Both the position numbers and the translations under genes were made by a program. The notes below the pieces were generated by a model. The model was not told the origin of the DNA, did not search any database, and saw only the letters and a program-made list of their open reading frames with translations. DNA of 32,136 nucleotides. It comes from Candidatus Micrarchaeota archaeon. GTDB taxonomy: Archaea; Micrarchaeota; Micrarchaeia; Anstonellales; Bilamarchaeaceae. Below, piece by piece: positions 17,277 to 26,800 of the stretch (within the stretch, counting starts at the first letter, position 1; each line of letters begins with the position of its first letter). The DNA lies in assembly GCA_032123335.1 (NCBI GenBank), contig JAQBFN010000028.1, positions 1-32,136 of the forward strand, written 5' to 3'.

Positions 17277-20200
17277 ATGTTTGAATTCGATCCGTTCTAC
17301 CTATTGCTATGGGTTTTCCTGGGATTCTTTATCCCCGGTGCGCTGCTTTCACTTGCACTGCTCAAGAAAAGAGAGCTCCCGCTTTTCGATAAGGCGGCAA
17401 TAGGTTTCGGCCTCGGCCTGATAATCCCTGCATTCTTCGCATTTGTGCTTTTCATTGCAGGAGTATCTTTCGATTACTCAATTGCAGTACTCTCCATAGC
17501 GCTTTTCTACCTGCTTGCAATCGCATTTTTCATAAAGGAAAAAGCCTGGGAAGGAATCTCCCTCCCAGCTAATTACAATGCACTTGCACCCTCCACCGCC
17601 CTCGCGCTCATAATGCTCCTTGCCTTCCTGATAAGGATGGTTACATACGGCCCCGTTTTCATGGAGCTCGACCCCTATTTCTATATCCAGCACACCGCAC
17701 TCATCCTCTCTGATGGGGGCGCCCCTCTGGTTGACTATTCCGCATGGTATCCCCACGAATCCACCCACAGGGTTATACCAATGAAAGCGTACCTGGAAGC
17801 AGTAACCTATGGCCTGTACAATAGCAGCACTGATTTCGATAGGTATATGCTTTCTGCAGTTGCAGGAATGCTCCCACCAATTTTTGCAGCACTCGCAGTA
17901 TTCTTCCTCTATCTCTTTGTTTCATCTGAATACAAGAGAACCTATGCGCTTGCCGCCGCAGGAGTTGCTGCATTCATCCCAATGTTCGTAATGAAGCTGA
18001 TGGCGGGGGAATCCGAAATCCAGCCATATGCATTTTTCGGCCTTGCATTCTTCCTGGGACTATACGCACTCGCAGTAAAAAGAAAGGACCTTATGTTCGC
18101 AGTCCTCGCAGGTCTTGCATTCTTCGCAACCTTCCTGGGCTCAAGCTCCGCAATCGTTCTTGTAACAACCCTCCTGATATTCATTCCATTGCAGGCACTC
18201 TTCCTTTTCTTCATGAAAGAAGATCTGCTTGAAAACGCAAAAATAAACGGTATAATTCTCCTCCTTGGCCCTATCCTTTCCACAATATTCTCCAATCTTT
18301 TCAATGAAAGATTTGTAATCGATGGAATTTTCTCGAGCTACACACTCATCCTCTTACTTGTATATGCATTTTCCCTTGCACTACTGATTCTCCAGTCACT
18401 TGCAAAGGTATCCAAGCTAAAGCTCCCGATAAAGAATCTTCCGGAATTCAGCATGGATGACATGAAGAAAGCCTACCCCGCAATCCTGGGCTTAATCATT
18501 GTAGCTTTACTATTGATAGTATTCACCCCGATAGGGGACCCGATATTCTCCATGGCAAGATCTGCACTCGGAATAACTCAATTCAATAGCTCCCTTGACC
18601 GCACCATTGCAGAGCAGGGAGTTGCAGGGGCAAGCTTCCAGTCCGGCCTCGGGTTCATAGGAATGGATTTCACAACCCTTCCTTCCCTTGACCAGCTACT
18701 CGACTTCTCAAACAAAAACATCATAATCGCCTTATTTGACCTCATAGTGGGAATACTCCAGCACCTCTTCGCACTGGTCGCGCTTTTCCTTACCGCAATC
18801 TCCAACCTGCTCCTGGGGGCAATTGTCGGAATCCTTAACACAATTTTCGGCACAGACCTCCAATACCAGGACAAGAACAACAGCATGCTCATGGTAATCT
18901 TCTTTGGGATGTTTGCAGCAGTATTCCATTCAATCTACATAAAATTCAAAACAAAAGAGCAGAGGCTTGCCCTCCTTTTCGCAGCATTCATATTTCCAAT
19001 CTCAATAATCGGGCTCTTCAAAACCAAGTATGTAATCTACCTGGGTTTCGCAATCGCAACAGGCCTGGGAGTCACATTAGGGGAGCTTTCCCATTTCCTT
19101 GGAAACCTCATAAACAAGATGAAGGATGAAGAGAAACGGAAGGTTTACGCAAATTACCTGATACTTGGCCTCACCCTCATAAGCTTCTTCTTTGTTTATT
19201 TCGAATGGGACCAGGGAATTGCAGATACACTTTTCTTCAGTTCTTTCCAGCCCAGGTTCCAGGACAATCCCGAAGCGCTCCAGCCCAAGATGCAGGAGCT
19301 CTGCGCGCTCAGCGGATATGCTTCCGCATGCAGTGCAGCCGAAGACCCCCTGGGGTTCGCGTCCCAGGGAATAACCTCCCAATACGACCAAACCCTTTGC
19401 GTATACTCACTTTTCTCAGACCTATCTGCACCTACAGGTGAAGAGCAGACTGCAGCATCCCTGCGATGCAACATGATGACGAATTTCTGGATTGAATTTA
19501 CAGAATGGCAGTTTGAAAAATCACCGGAAGATGCAAGGTTCACTTCCTGGTGGGACTACGGCCACTGGACCAACTACTTTGGGCAGAGGTCGACCGTCCT
19601 GAGGAACGACCATGCAGACCACGACATGATTGTGGAAATTGCACACGGATTCATTTACGGAACCCCGCAGGAGCTCAAGAAAGCAATGGAGGACTATGGC
19701 TCAGAATATGTATTCTTTGACCGGGAAATAATCTACAATGGGGATGGAAGCTTTGGAGGAAAATTCCATGCGCTCAATTACCTTTCCTGCTCAAGGAATG
19801 AGGAAACCTCCGTTGCATACTCTCCCGGGCAGTCCAGTTGCGAAGCAGAGCACAGGTGGGAGCAGATTGCAATACCCGCATCACAGCAGCCCTGTTCAAT
19901 CTCACAGCTCTCAGGAAAGGCAGGCATAACCGCATACGATGCAATAACCGGCCTCCCGAAATACTGCATAGGGCAAACAACCCTCCTCACAGGAGAAACA
20001 CTCGCAGCCCCGTACAAGCTGGATGAAAAATACGAAAATGGGGACCTTAAGCTCCACAAGGGCTTCATGAAGCAGGTGTTCACCACAAACGACGGAACAA
20101 TAATATTCGACATGTACTACACAAAGGACCAGGTCTGGATGGAGAACGGAGAAGTAAAATCAGGCTGGGAAGACCGCGCAACCAAATTCTATGACTCCAC

Positions 20201-20297
20201 CCTTTACCAGGCATTCGTTCTTGAGCAGCTTGATGGATTCACCCAGGTATACAAAACAAGCGATGGTGCAGTGAAGCTCTACAAAATATCAGGATGA
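17277..20297 (+). CDS. aglB: Oligosaccharyltransferase AglB (STT3 family)
   Basis: Many TM helices, ELDPYFY, TIAEQ and the catalytic-domain motif SWWDYGHW. Alternative GTG start at 17265. Confidence 0.92.
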   Translation: MFEFDPFYLLLWVFLGFFIPGALLSLALLKKRELPLFDKAAIGFGLGLIIPAFFAFVLFIAGVSFDYSIAVLSIALFYLLAIAFFIKEKAWEGISLPANYNALAPSTALALIMLLAFLIRMVTYGPVFMELDPYFYIQHTALILSDGGAPLVDYSAWYPHESTHRVIPMKAYLEAVTYGLYNSSTDFDRYMLSAVAGMLPPIFAALAVFFLYLFVSSEYKRTYALAAAGVAAFIPMFVMKLMAGESEIQPYAFFGLAFFLGLYALAVKRKDLMFAVLAGLAFFATFLGSSSAIVLVTTLLIFIPLQALFLFFMKEDLLENAKINGIILLLGPILSTIFSNLFNERFVIDGIFSSYTLILLLVYAFSLALLILQSLAKVSKLKLPIKNLPEFSMDDMKKAYPAILGLIIVALLLIVFTPIGDPIFSMARSALGITQFNSSLDRTIAEQGVAGASFQSGLGFIGMDFTTLPSLDQLLDFSNKNIIIALFDLIVGILQHLFALVALFLTAISNLLLGAIVGILNTIFGTDLQYQDKNNSMLMVIFFGMFAAVFHSIYIKFKTKEQRLALLFAAFIFPISIIGLFKTKYVIYLGFAIATGLGVTLGELSHFLGNLINKMKDEEKRKVYANYLILGLTLISFFFVYFEWDQGIADTLFFSSFQPRFQDNPEALQPKMQELCALSGYASACSAAEDPLGFASQGITSQYDQTLCVYSLFSDLSAPTGEEQTAASLRCNMMTNFWIEFTEWQFEKSPEDARFTSWWDYGHWTNYFGQRSTVLRNDHADHDMIVEIAHGFIYGTPQELKKAMEDYGSEYVFFDREIIYNGDGSFGGKFHALNYLSCSRNEETSVAYSPGQSSCEAEHRWEQIAIPASQQPCSISQLSGKAGITAYDAITGLPKYCIGQTTLLTGETLAAPYKLDEKYENGDLKLHKGFMKQVFTTNDGTIIFDMYYTKDQVWMENGEVKSGWEDRATKFYDSTLYQAFVLEQLDGFTQVYKTSDGAVKLYKISG

Positions 20298-21488
20298 GAA
20301 CATATGGGGGTACTGCCCCTTCACTGCATCTATCGCATCCAGTATCGTCCTCAGCTTCTCAAGCGCCAAGGTATAATCCCCCCTACTAATCATATCATAT
20401 AATGAAAGGAGCGAAGCCTCTCCCTGCCCCCCAACATTCTTCTTGAAATCGGAAACCATTTTCCTCCCATCATCCCCGAACGCATATTTTTTCTCCCCCA
20501 TCACCAGGTAATTTTTCTTGCAAACCCGCAGCGCAAACCTGCACATGCGGTCCATCGCCTCTATCTCCTTCCCAACGCTGAAAAGTTTGTTTACTTCCTC
20601 TGCCTGAATCTCCGCAAGCCCATGGCTCTTGAGATACCCAAGGTAGGATTCCATGACATATTCTCCGGAAGGGGGCGCAGAAGCAACCTTTTTCCTTGCA
20701 CCATACACAGTTTCCTTTAGGCCCAGTGTTATCCTGTTTGATTTCTGGGAAAGGTCCTGGAGCCCAAACTCAAACAGAAGGTTTGCAACCCGCGCAGCAC
20801 GCTTTTTATTTTCAAAAGTAATCCTGGTAATCCCCCCATTTTCCACGTAATCCCTGAGCTTCCCCAGAACCGCATTTCCCACGTACATCCCATATATTGA
20901 AGAAAGTATGCTGGAAAGCGGCCCCCACCTGGCACCCTTTCGCATCTCTATAAGCTCCTTTGGATTTTTTGTGCTGAAAAATGTTGGGTATTCAGACCAC
21001 ACTCCCTCAGGAGGAACCTGGAATTCTTCAGCAAACCATCCGTAATATTCTTTCTCAATATCACTCTCTTTCTGGATTATTGCAACAAGCGAATCAAACC
21101 TGAATCCCCTGTGCTCAATTCGTGCATCCCCATACTGGACAAGGTATCCATAGAACTCACCGAGCCTTGCATCGTCTTCCGCCATTTTGCTTAGCATGAT
21201 GGCCAGGTTTTCGCACCCAATCCTTTTCGTCCCCAGCCCATACATAAAGTAGATTAATGTTTTCAGGAAAAGCGTCCTCTCCCTTTTTTTTGCTTTTTTG
21301 TAGGAGCCCCTGAGCCACTCCTTCTCTTTTTTCCCAAAGTTGGAAAAGAGGCTAACCATGTTTCGTCTGTCCGCGTACTCAATCTTTACATTGTTGCCTT
21401 TCAGCCAGGATTCGAATGAACGCGCAAAAACTCTTGCGTCCTCCCACGCAATCTCTTCCTGTGCCTTCTCGGCCTTCTTGCCGTCCAT
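20289..21488 (-). CDS. Hypothetical protein (orphan, 399 aa)
   Basis: Long ORF filling the gap, with TTATAAA about 22 nt upstream on the minus strand. No motif recognised. Confidence 0.65.
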   Translation of the reverse strand: MDGKKAEKAQEEIAWEDARVFARSFESWLKGNNVKIEYADRRNMVSLFSNFGKKEKEWLRGSYKKAKKRERTLFLKTLIYFMYGLGTKRIGCENLAIMLSKMAEDDARLGEFYGYLVQYGDARIEHRGFRFDSLVAIIQKESDIEKEYYGWFAEEFQVPPEGVWSEYPTFFSTKNPKELIEMRKGARWGPLSSILSSIYGMYVGNAVLGKLRDYVENGGITRITFENKKRAARVANLLFEFGLQDLSQKSNRITLGLKETVYGARKKVASAPPSGEYVMESYLGYLKSHGLAEIQAEEVNKLFSVGKEIEAMDRMCRFALRVCKKNYLVMGEKKYAFGDDGRKMVSDFKKNVGGQGEASLLSLYDMISRGDYTLALEKLRTILDAIDAVKGQYPHMFSS

Positions 21489-21531
21489 CGGATTCCCTAC
21501 TCAGCTTTTGTTTATAATATTGTCGGCAAAA

Positions 21532-21648
21532 ATTCCTGCTGGGTTGAATCGTCGCAGGAAATTCTATCTGCGAAGGTAGAAGCCCCGTTCTTTAAGCGGG
21601 CAGTAGTCACAAGGGCTACATTTTCTGACGGGGCGCAGATAGCTTTTT
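21532..21648 (+). ncRNA. IS200/IS605 right-end / TnpB omegaRNA-like structured element without an associated tnp gene
   Basis: Hairpins TTCCTGC/GCAGGAA and TTCTATCT-GCGA-AGGTAGAA, then GAAGCCCCGTTCTTTAAGCGGGCAGTAGTCAC resembling IS605-type ends; T-run at 21644. Confidence 0.45.
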
Positions 21649-21689
21649 ATTTATTTCCTAACTTCCCATAATCGTCTGGGTCGATAAAT

Positions 21690-21776
21690 ATGATGTCATT
21701 CGATGGAGACGATGAATGGGAAGATGAAGATTTCGACGAAGAAGAGTCAGATGACTCCGTTGAAGATGACTTCTGA
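21690..21776 (+). CDS. Small hyper-acidic peptide MMSFDGDDEWEDEDFDEEESDDSVEDDF (28 aa)
   Basis: ATG to TGA with purine-rich GAN codons, an AT-rich TATA-like tract upstream, and a hairpin plus T-tract downstream. Confidence 0.55.
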   Translation: MMSFDGDDEWEDEDFDEEESDDSVEDDF

Positions 21777-21799
21777 ACTTTCCAGCCCCAAATATCGAC

Positions 21800-21830
21800 T
21801 GGCGGCTCTGTCCGCCATCTTCTTTTTCTC
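21800..21830 (+). terminator. Hairpin and T-tract after the acidic peptide
   Basis: TGGCGG-CTCTGT-CCGCCA followed by TCTTCTTTTTCTC. Confidence 0.4.
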
Positions 21831-21880
21831 TTGTTCTCACCCGAAAGCTTTTAATTCTCTATTTAGTAATATGTGGACAC

Positions 21881-22072
21881 GGGCCCGTAGCGCAGCCTGG
21901 ATAGCGCGGCTGCCTTCTAAGCAGTAGGTCGTGGGTTCAAAACATATCTTTGTAACCTCACGGTTACATCTCTTGAGGCAAGCTCAAGATCCGAGAAACC
22001 TTATGGTTTCTTCTCTTGAGGAAACCTCAAGATTTTGGCTCAACCAAATATGTGAAAGTCCCACCGGGCCCG
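21881..22072 (+). tRNA. tRNA-Arg(TCT) with a 117-nt intron at position 59/60 (exons 21881-21941 and 22059-22072)
   Basis: Acceptor stem GGGCCCG/CGGGCCC plus discriminator G, D-stem GCGC/GCGC, anticodon arm GCTGC-CTTCTAA-GCAGT and T-stem GTGGG/CCCAC. BHB motif: helix TTCA/TGAA with 3-nt bulges AAA and AGT. The spliced T-loop reads TTCAAAT; no CCA is encoded. Confidence 0.93.
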
Positions 22073-22102
22073 TTATTTTAACTGAAAATGGGAGGTGTTG
22101 CA

Positions 22103-22348
22103 ATGGCTTCGGTCGAAGAAATTATAGAACTTATAAATGGAGTAATTGAGGACTCATCTGTTCCAAAGAACATAAGGAAGGCAATGAGCGATGCAAAGGA
22201 ACGGCTTCAAACTGACGATGAGCAGGTTGTGAAAGTAAGCGCAGCCATCTATTCCCTGGAGTCAGTTGCTGAGGACGTGAACATGCCCCCGCACGCGCGC
22301 ATGCAGATCTGGAGCATAATGAGCGAGCTGGAATCCCTTAAGGAATAA
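22103..22348 (+). CDS. UPF0147-family protein
   Basis: IEDSSVPKNIRK and DVNMPPHARMQIWSIMSELES; SD GGAGGTG. Confidence 0.88.
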   Translation: MASVEEIIELINGVIEDSSVPKNIRKAMSDAKERLQTDDEQVVKVSAAIYSLESVAEDVNMPPHARMQIWSIMSELESLKE

Positions 22349-22350
22349 CC

Positions 22351-23799
22351 ATGTCCATGGAGGGCCTCAAAAAGCACGGAGTAAGAATCGCGCTCGATGC
22401 AGAGGACTTCATAACTCAGCATTCCATAACCGAACCCGAAATCATTGCCCTAAGCAAAAAGTTTATCTTCAGGGAAGATCTGGAGCCCATTCTCAAAAAA
22501 CGGGAAGAGGAAAAAGAGCTAAATCCCGAGCCTAAAAAAGCTGAGGTTTCCCTCCCCGCAAACTTCAAGCCGCTTGCAAAAGAATACTCCCCCGAAATAA
22601 AGGTCCGTGAATCCCTTGACGTGACCGGGAAATCCCGCACCGAGGGGGGCGTAGCTGATTTTGTAACCTATTTCCGCAACCGCTATGAACGGCTTTCCGC
22701 GCTCCTCCGTACCTATAGCGGAAAGTACCCCGAAGCGGATTTGGAAGGAATTTCCAAGCTCGTGGGCCAGAAGGTCCGCGTAATCGTAATGGTTTCCGAA
22801 ATCCGGGAAACCAAGAAAGGAAACATTCTTCTCCAGGTGGAAGACCTCACCGGCCAGTTCAAAATAGTTATTTCCCAGCGCGATGAGCAGGTTTTCACCA
22901 AGGCAAAAAACCTTGTAAACGACGATGTAATCCTCATTTATGGAAAAGTTCTTCCCGCATTCATAGTTGCAGAGGACCTTGAATGGCCCGACCTCCCGAT
23001 AATCCGCGAGAAAAAGAAGGCCGAACGGGACCTTGCAGCAGTCTACCTCTCCGATCTCCATTTTGGAAGCAAGCAATTCCTTGGTGAATACTTCAACCGC
23101 TTTACTGATTGGATGGGTGGAAGGGGCGAAAACCAGGAGCTCGCAGGAAAAGTAAAGTATGTTTTTGTTGCCGGTGATATCGTAGATGGAATCGGCATCT
23201 ACCCAAACCAGGAAAAAGACCTGGACATACTGGATGTATTCAAGCAATATGAGCTCTTCACTGATTTTGTGCAGGAGCTCCCGGATTATGTAGAAGTAAT
23301 CGTATGCCCGGGAAACCATGATGTTGTGCGCCGTGCAGAGCCCATGCCTGCGCTTTCCAAGGAAATCCTCAACTGCGATGTCCTGAGCTTAGGAAGCCCC
23401 TCCACAGTCCGTGTTGAAAACTCCGAGCACCTCCTCTACCATGGAACTTCTGCAGATGGATGGATTGCAACCCTTCCCCACCTGAGCTATGACCGCCCTG
23501 AAAAAGTAATGGTGGAATGCCTGAAGAGGCGCCACCTCTCCCCGATTTACGGGGGAAATGCAATCGTCCCGGAAAAGGTCGATTACCTGGTAATTGAGAA
23601 AGAGCCGGATATAGTCCACTTTGGCCACGTGCACAAAAACGGCTACACCCGCTACCGCGACACACTCATAATCAATTCCGGAACCTTCCAGGACACAACA
23701 GAGTTCCAACAGAAGCAGGGACACGTTCCCACCCCTGCAAAAGTCCCAATATACGAGTTTATGCACGACAAGTTGCGCACGCTGGATTTCACACGGTGA
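22351..23799 (+). CDS. polD1: DNA polymerase D small (proofreading exonuclease) subunit DP1
   Basis: YFRNRYERL, an OB fold, and phosphoesterase motifs SDLHFGS, AGDIVDGIGIYPNQ, PGNHD, YHG and GHVH. Confidence 0.96.
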   Translation: MSMEGLKKHGVRIALDAEDFITQHSITEPEIIALSKKFIFREDLEPILKKREEEKELNPEPKKAEVSLPANFKPLAKEYSPEIKVRESLDVTGKSRTEGGVADFVTYFRNRYERLSALLRTYSGKYPEADLEGISKLVGQKVRVIVMVSEIRETKKGNILLQVEDLTGQFKIVISQRDEQVFTKAKNLVNDDVILIYGKVLPAFIVAEDLEWPDLPIIREKKKAERDLAAVYLSDLHFGSKQFLGEYFNRFTDWMGGRGENQELAGKVKYVFVAGDIVDGIGIYPNQEKDLDILDVFKQYELFTDFVQELPDYVEVIVCPGNHDVVRRAEPMPALSKEILNCDVLSLGSPSTVRVENSEHLLYHGTSADGWIATLPHLSYDRPEKVMVECLKRRHLSPIYGGNAIVPEKVDYLVIEKEPDIVHFGHVHKNGYTRYRDTLIINSGTFQDTTEFQQKQGHVPTPAKVPIYEFMHDKLRTLDFTR

Positions 23800-23803
23800 A
23801 AAG

Positions 23804-26800
23804 ATGGATTATTTCGAAACACTCAGGAAAGACCTGGACCAGGTTTATGCCCTTGCCCAGGAGGCCCGCAGGCAGGGCCTTGACCCTGAGAACAAAGTCG
23901 AAATCCCCATTGCAAAGGATGTTGCAGCGCGTGTAGAAGGGCTTGTGGGCCCCCGTGGAATCGCATCCATAATCCGTGAAATGGAACAGGGGGGAATGTC
24001 CCGCCCTGAAATCGCATTCAACATTGCAGAGAAGCTTGCTTCCGGGGAAATACTCCAGGGGGACAAGCGCACTCTTATTGAGCAGGCAATCCGCACCAGC
24101 GTAGGCATCCTCACTGAAGGAGTACTCGTTGCTCCCACCGAAGGAATCGCGGACGTCCAGATAAACCAGAACCCTGATGGAAGCGACTACGTTTCCGTAC
24201 TTTTTGCAGGCCCAATCCGGAGCGCAGGAGGAACCGTTGCAGCCCTCAGCGTAGCGCTCGCAGACCATGCCCGCAGGAAAGCAGGAATAGGGGATTTCCG
24301 CCCCACTGAATCTGAAATCGCCCGCTATGTGGAAGAAGTAAATGTTTATGAGCACAGGTGCGTGCACCTCCAGTACAAGCCTCCGGACGAGCATGTTGCG
24401 CACATAGTCCGCAACTGCCCGGTATGCATAGATGGGGACCCCACAGAAGAGATGGAGGTTTCCGTGCACCGGGACCTGGAGCGCATAAAAAGCAACCGCA
24501 TTCGCGGAGGTGTGCCCCTGGTTATATGCGAAGGAATTGCCGCAAAAGCCCCCAAAGTGCTCAAATTCACCAAAAAATTCGGCCTGGGGTGGGACTGGCT
24601 CCAGGAAGTAATCAAGGTTAAGAAACAAGCAGACCAGATTGAAATCAAGCCTGATTTCTCTTACCTTGAAGGCCTTGTTGCAGGCCGCCCCGTATTCTCA
24701 TATCCCATGACCAAGGGAGGCTTCCGCCTCAGGTACGGCCGCAGCCGCACCAACGGAATAATGGGCAGGAATGTACATCCCGCAACCATGTACCTCCTTG
24801 ATTCTTTTGTTGCAAATGGGACCCACGTAAAGGTTGAGCGCCCCGGGAAGGGCGCAATCCTCACCGCCTGCGATTCAATTGAGGGCCCGGTTGTAAAGCT
24901 CAAGGATGGCTCGGTTGTAAAAGTAAAAACCAGCGAGCAGGCAGAAGAGCTCCATGATGATGTGGACCAGGTCCTCTTCCTGGGGGATATGCTTGTCACT
25001 TATGGGGACTTCTACAAAACCAATCACCCCATGATGCCCGCAGGCTATTGCCTGGAGTGGTGGGTGCAGGAAGCGCAGGAATCAGGTATCGAAAATCCCC
25101 CCGAAACCCCTTCCGCAAAAGAAGCATTTGAGCTTTCCAGGAAAAACAAAGCCCCTCTCCATCCTGACCATACCTATCCCTGGAACGATACCAGCAATGA
25201 AAATCTCCGTACCCTTTCCAATTCCCTTTCAAAAGGAATAATGAAGCTGGACGCTGGAGAAATTGTGGGCATCGAGCTCCCAACATTAGATGCAAAAGAA
25301 ACCCTTGAAGAGCTCCTTGTTGAGCACAAGGTTTCTGATTCCAAAATCCTCCTTGAAGGGGACCCCGCATTCACCCTTCTCTCTTCCTTTGGAATGCTTT
25401 CCGGAAGGGAAATCTCCGTTCCCCCCCAGCTAAATGATGAGCTTACTCCCCTTGAAAACATAAATGCGCTCTCGGAAATCACGATCCGGAACAAGAACCC
25501 CACATACATAGGCGCAAGGATGGGGAGGCCGGAAAAAGCCAAGGAGCGCATGATGGACGGGCGTCCCCACGTGCTCTTCCCTACCGCAACCATGAAAGAC
25601 CGCAGCATCACCAAGCGCTACAAGAGCCTCAAGGCAAGGGAAAAGGAACGCTCCATAAACGCTGAAATCGCCCGCTACAAATGCACAGGGTGCGGCATCA
25701 CCACATTCTATGCGCGCTGCCATTCCTGCGGGGAAATCGCAAAGCAGGAGAGAATCTGCCAGAAATGCAGCGCAGTAACCACTGAAAAGGAGCACTGCGA
25801 AATGCCCACGCTCTTTTACGACCGCCGCCCGGTCCCGCTTGTGGAAATGTATGAAAAAGTAAAGAATGAGCTCGGTTTTGCCCCCGCAGAAGTGCGCGGC
25901 GTAAAGGGAATGATAAGCATGAACAAGATTCCCGAGCGCCTGGAGAAGGGGTTCCTCCGTGCAAAGCACGATGTTTATGTATTCCGTGACGGAACCTGCA
26001 GGTTCGATGCCACGGATGCACCCATGACCCATTTCCGCATTTCCGAAATCGGGCAAACCCCCGAAGGAATCCGGAAGCTCGGCTACACCCAGGACCATAA
26101 GGGAAAGCCCATATCAACCGCAGACCAGGTAATCGCGCTTAACTGCCAGGATATTGTTATCTCCACATCCGGAATGGACTATATGGCCAGGATGGCTGAC
26201 TTCATGGATGATCTCCTTGTAAACCTTTATGGGCTGAAGCCCTTCTATGAAGTCCAGTCCAGGGAGGACATTTTCGGCCACCTTATTGTGGGCCTTTCCC
26301 CTCACACATCCGGAAGCGTGCTCGGCCGCATAATCGGCTACACAGATGCAAACGTATGCTATGCCCATCCCTATTTTCACACCGCAAAGCGCCGCAACTG
26401 CGACGGTGATGAAGACACAATCATACTCCTGCTAGATTGCCTCATCAATTTCTCCCGCGCCTATCTTTCCAACCGCAGGGGAGGAACAATGGACGCACCT
26501 CTCACAATTACGCCCGAGATAAACCCAAGCGAAGTGGATGATGAGGTGCACTGCATGGAAGTAGTGGACAAGTACCCCCTTGAATTCTACCGCGCCTGCG
26601 AGCGCAACGTATTCCCTGGGGAAATCAAGCTCAAAACAGTCCAGGACCTCCTTGGAAAGGATGAGCAATACCAGGACCTGGGCTTCACCCACGATACCGA
26701 AACAATAAACGATGGCCCGATGCGCACAAGCTACGTAACCCTGGGCTCAATTCCTGAAAAAATCAAAGCGGAATTCGAGCTCCACGAAAAACTCAAGCCC

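Noticed and set aside
20289..21488. 399-aa ORF as TnpB/Cas12f partner of the adjacent IS605-like end
   Set aside because: The size fits, but no RuvC motifs or CxxC zinc finger are visible, and it is transcribed away from the element.
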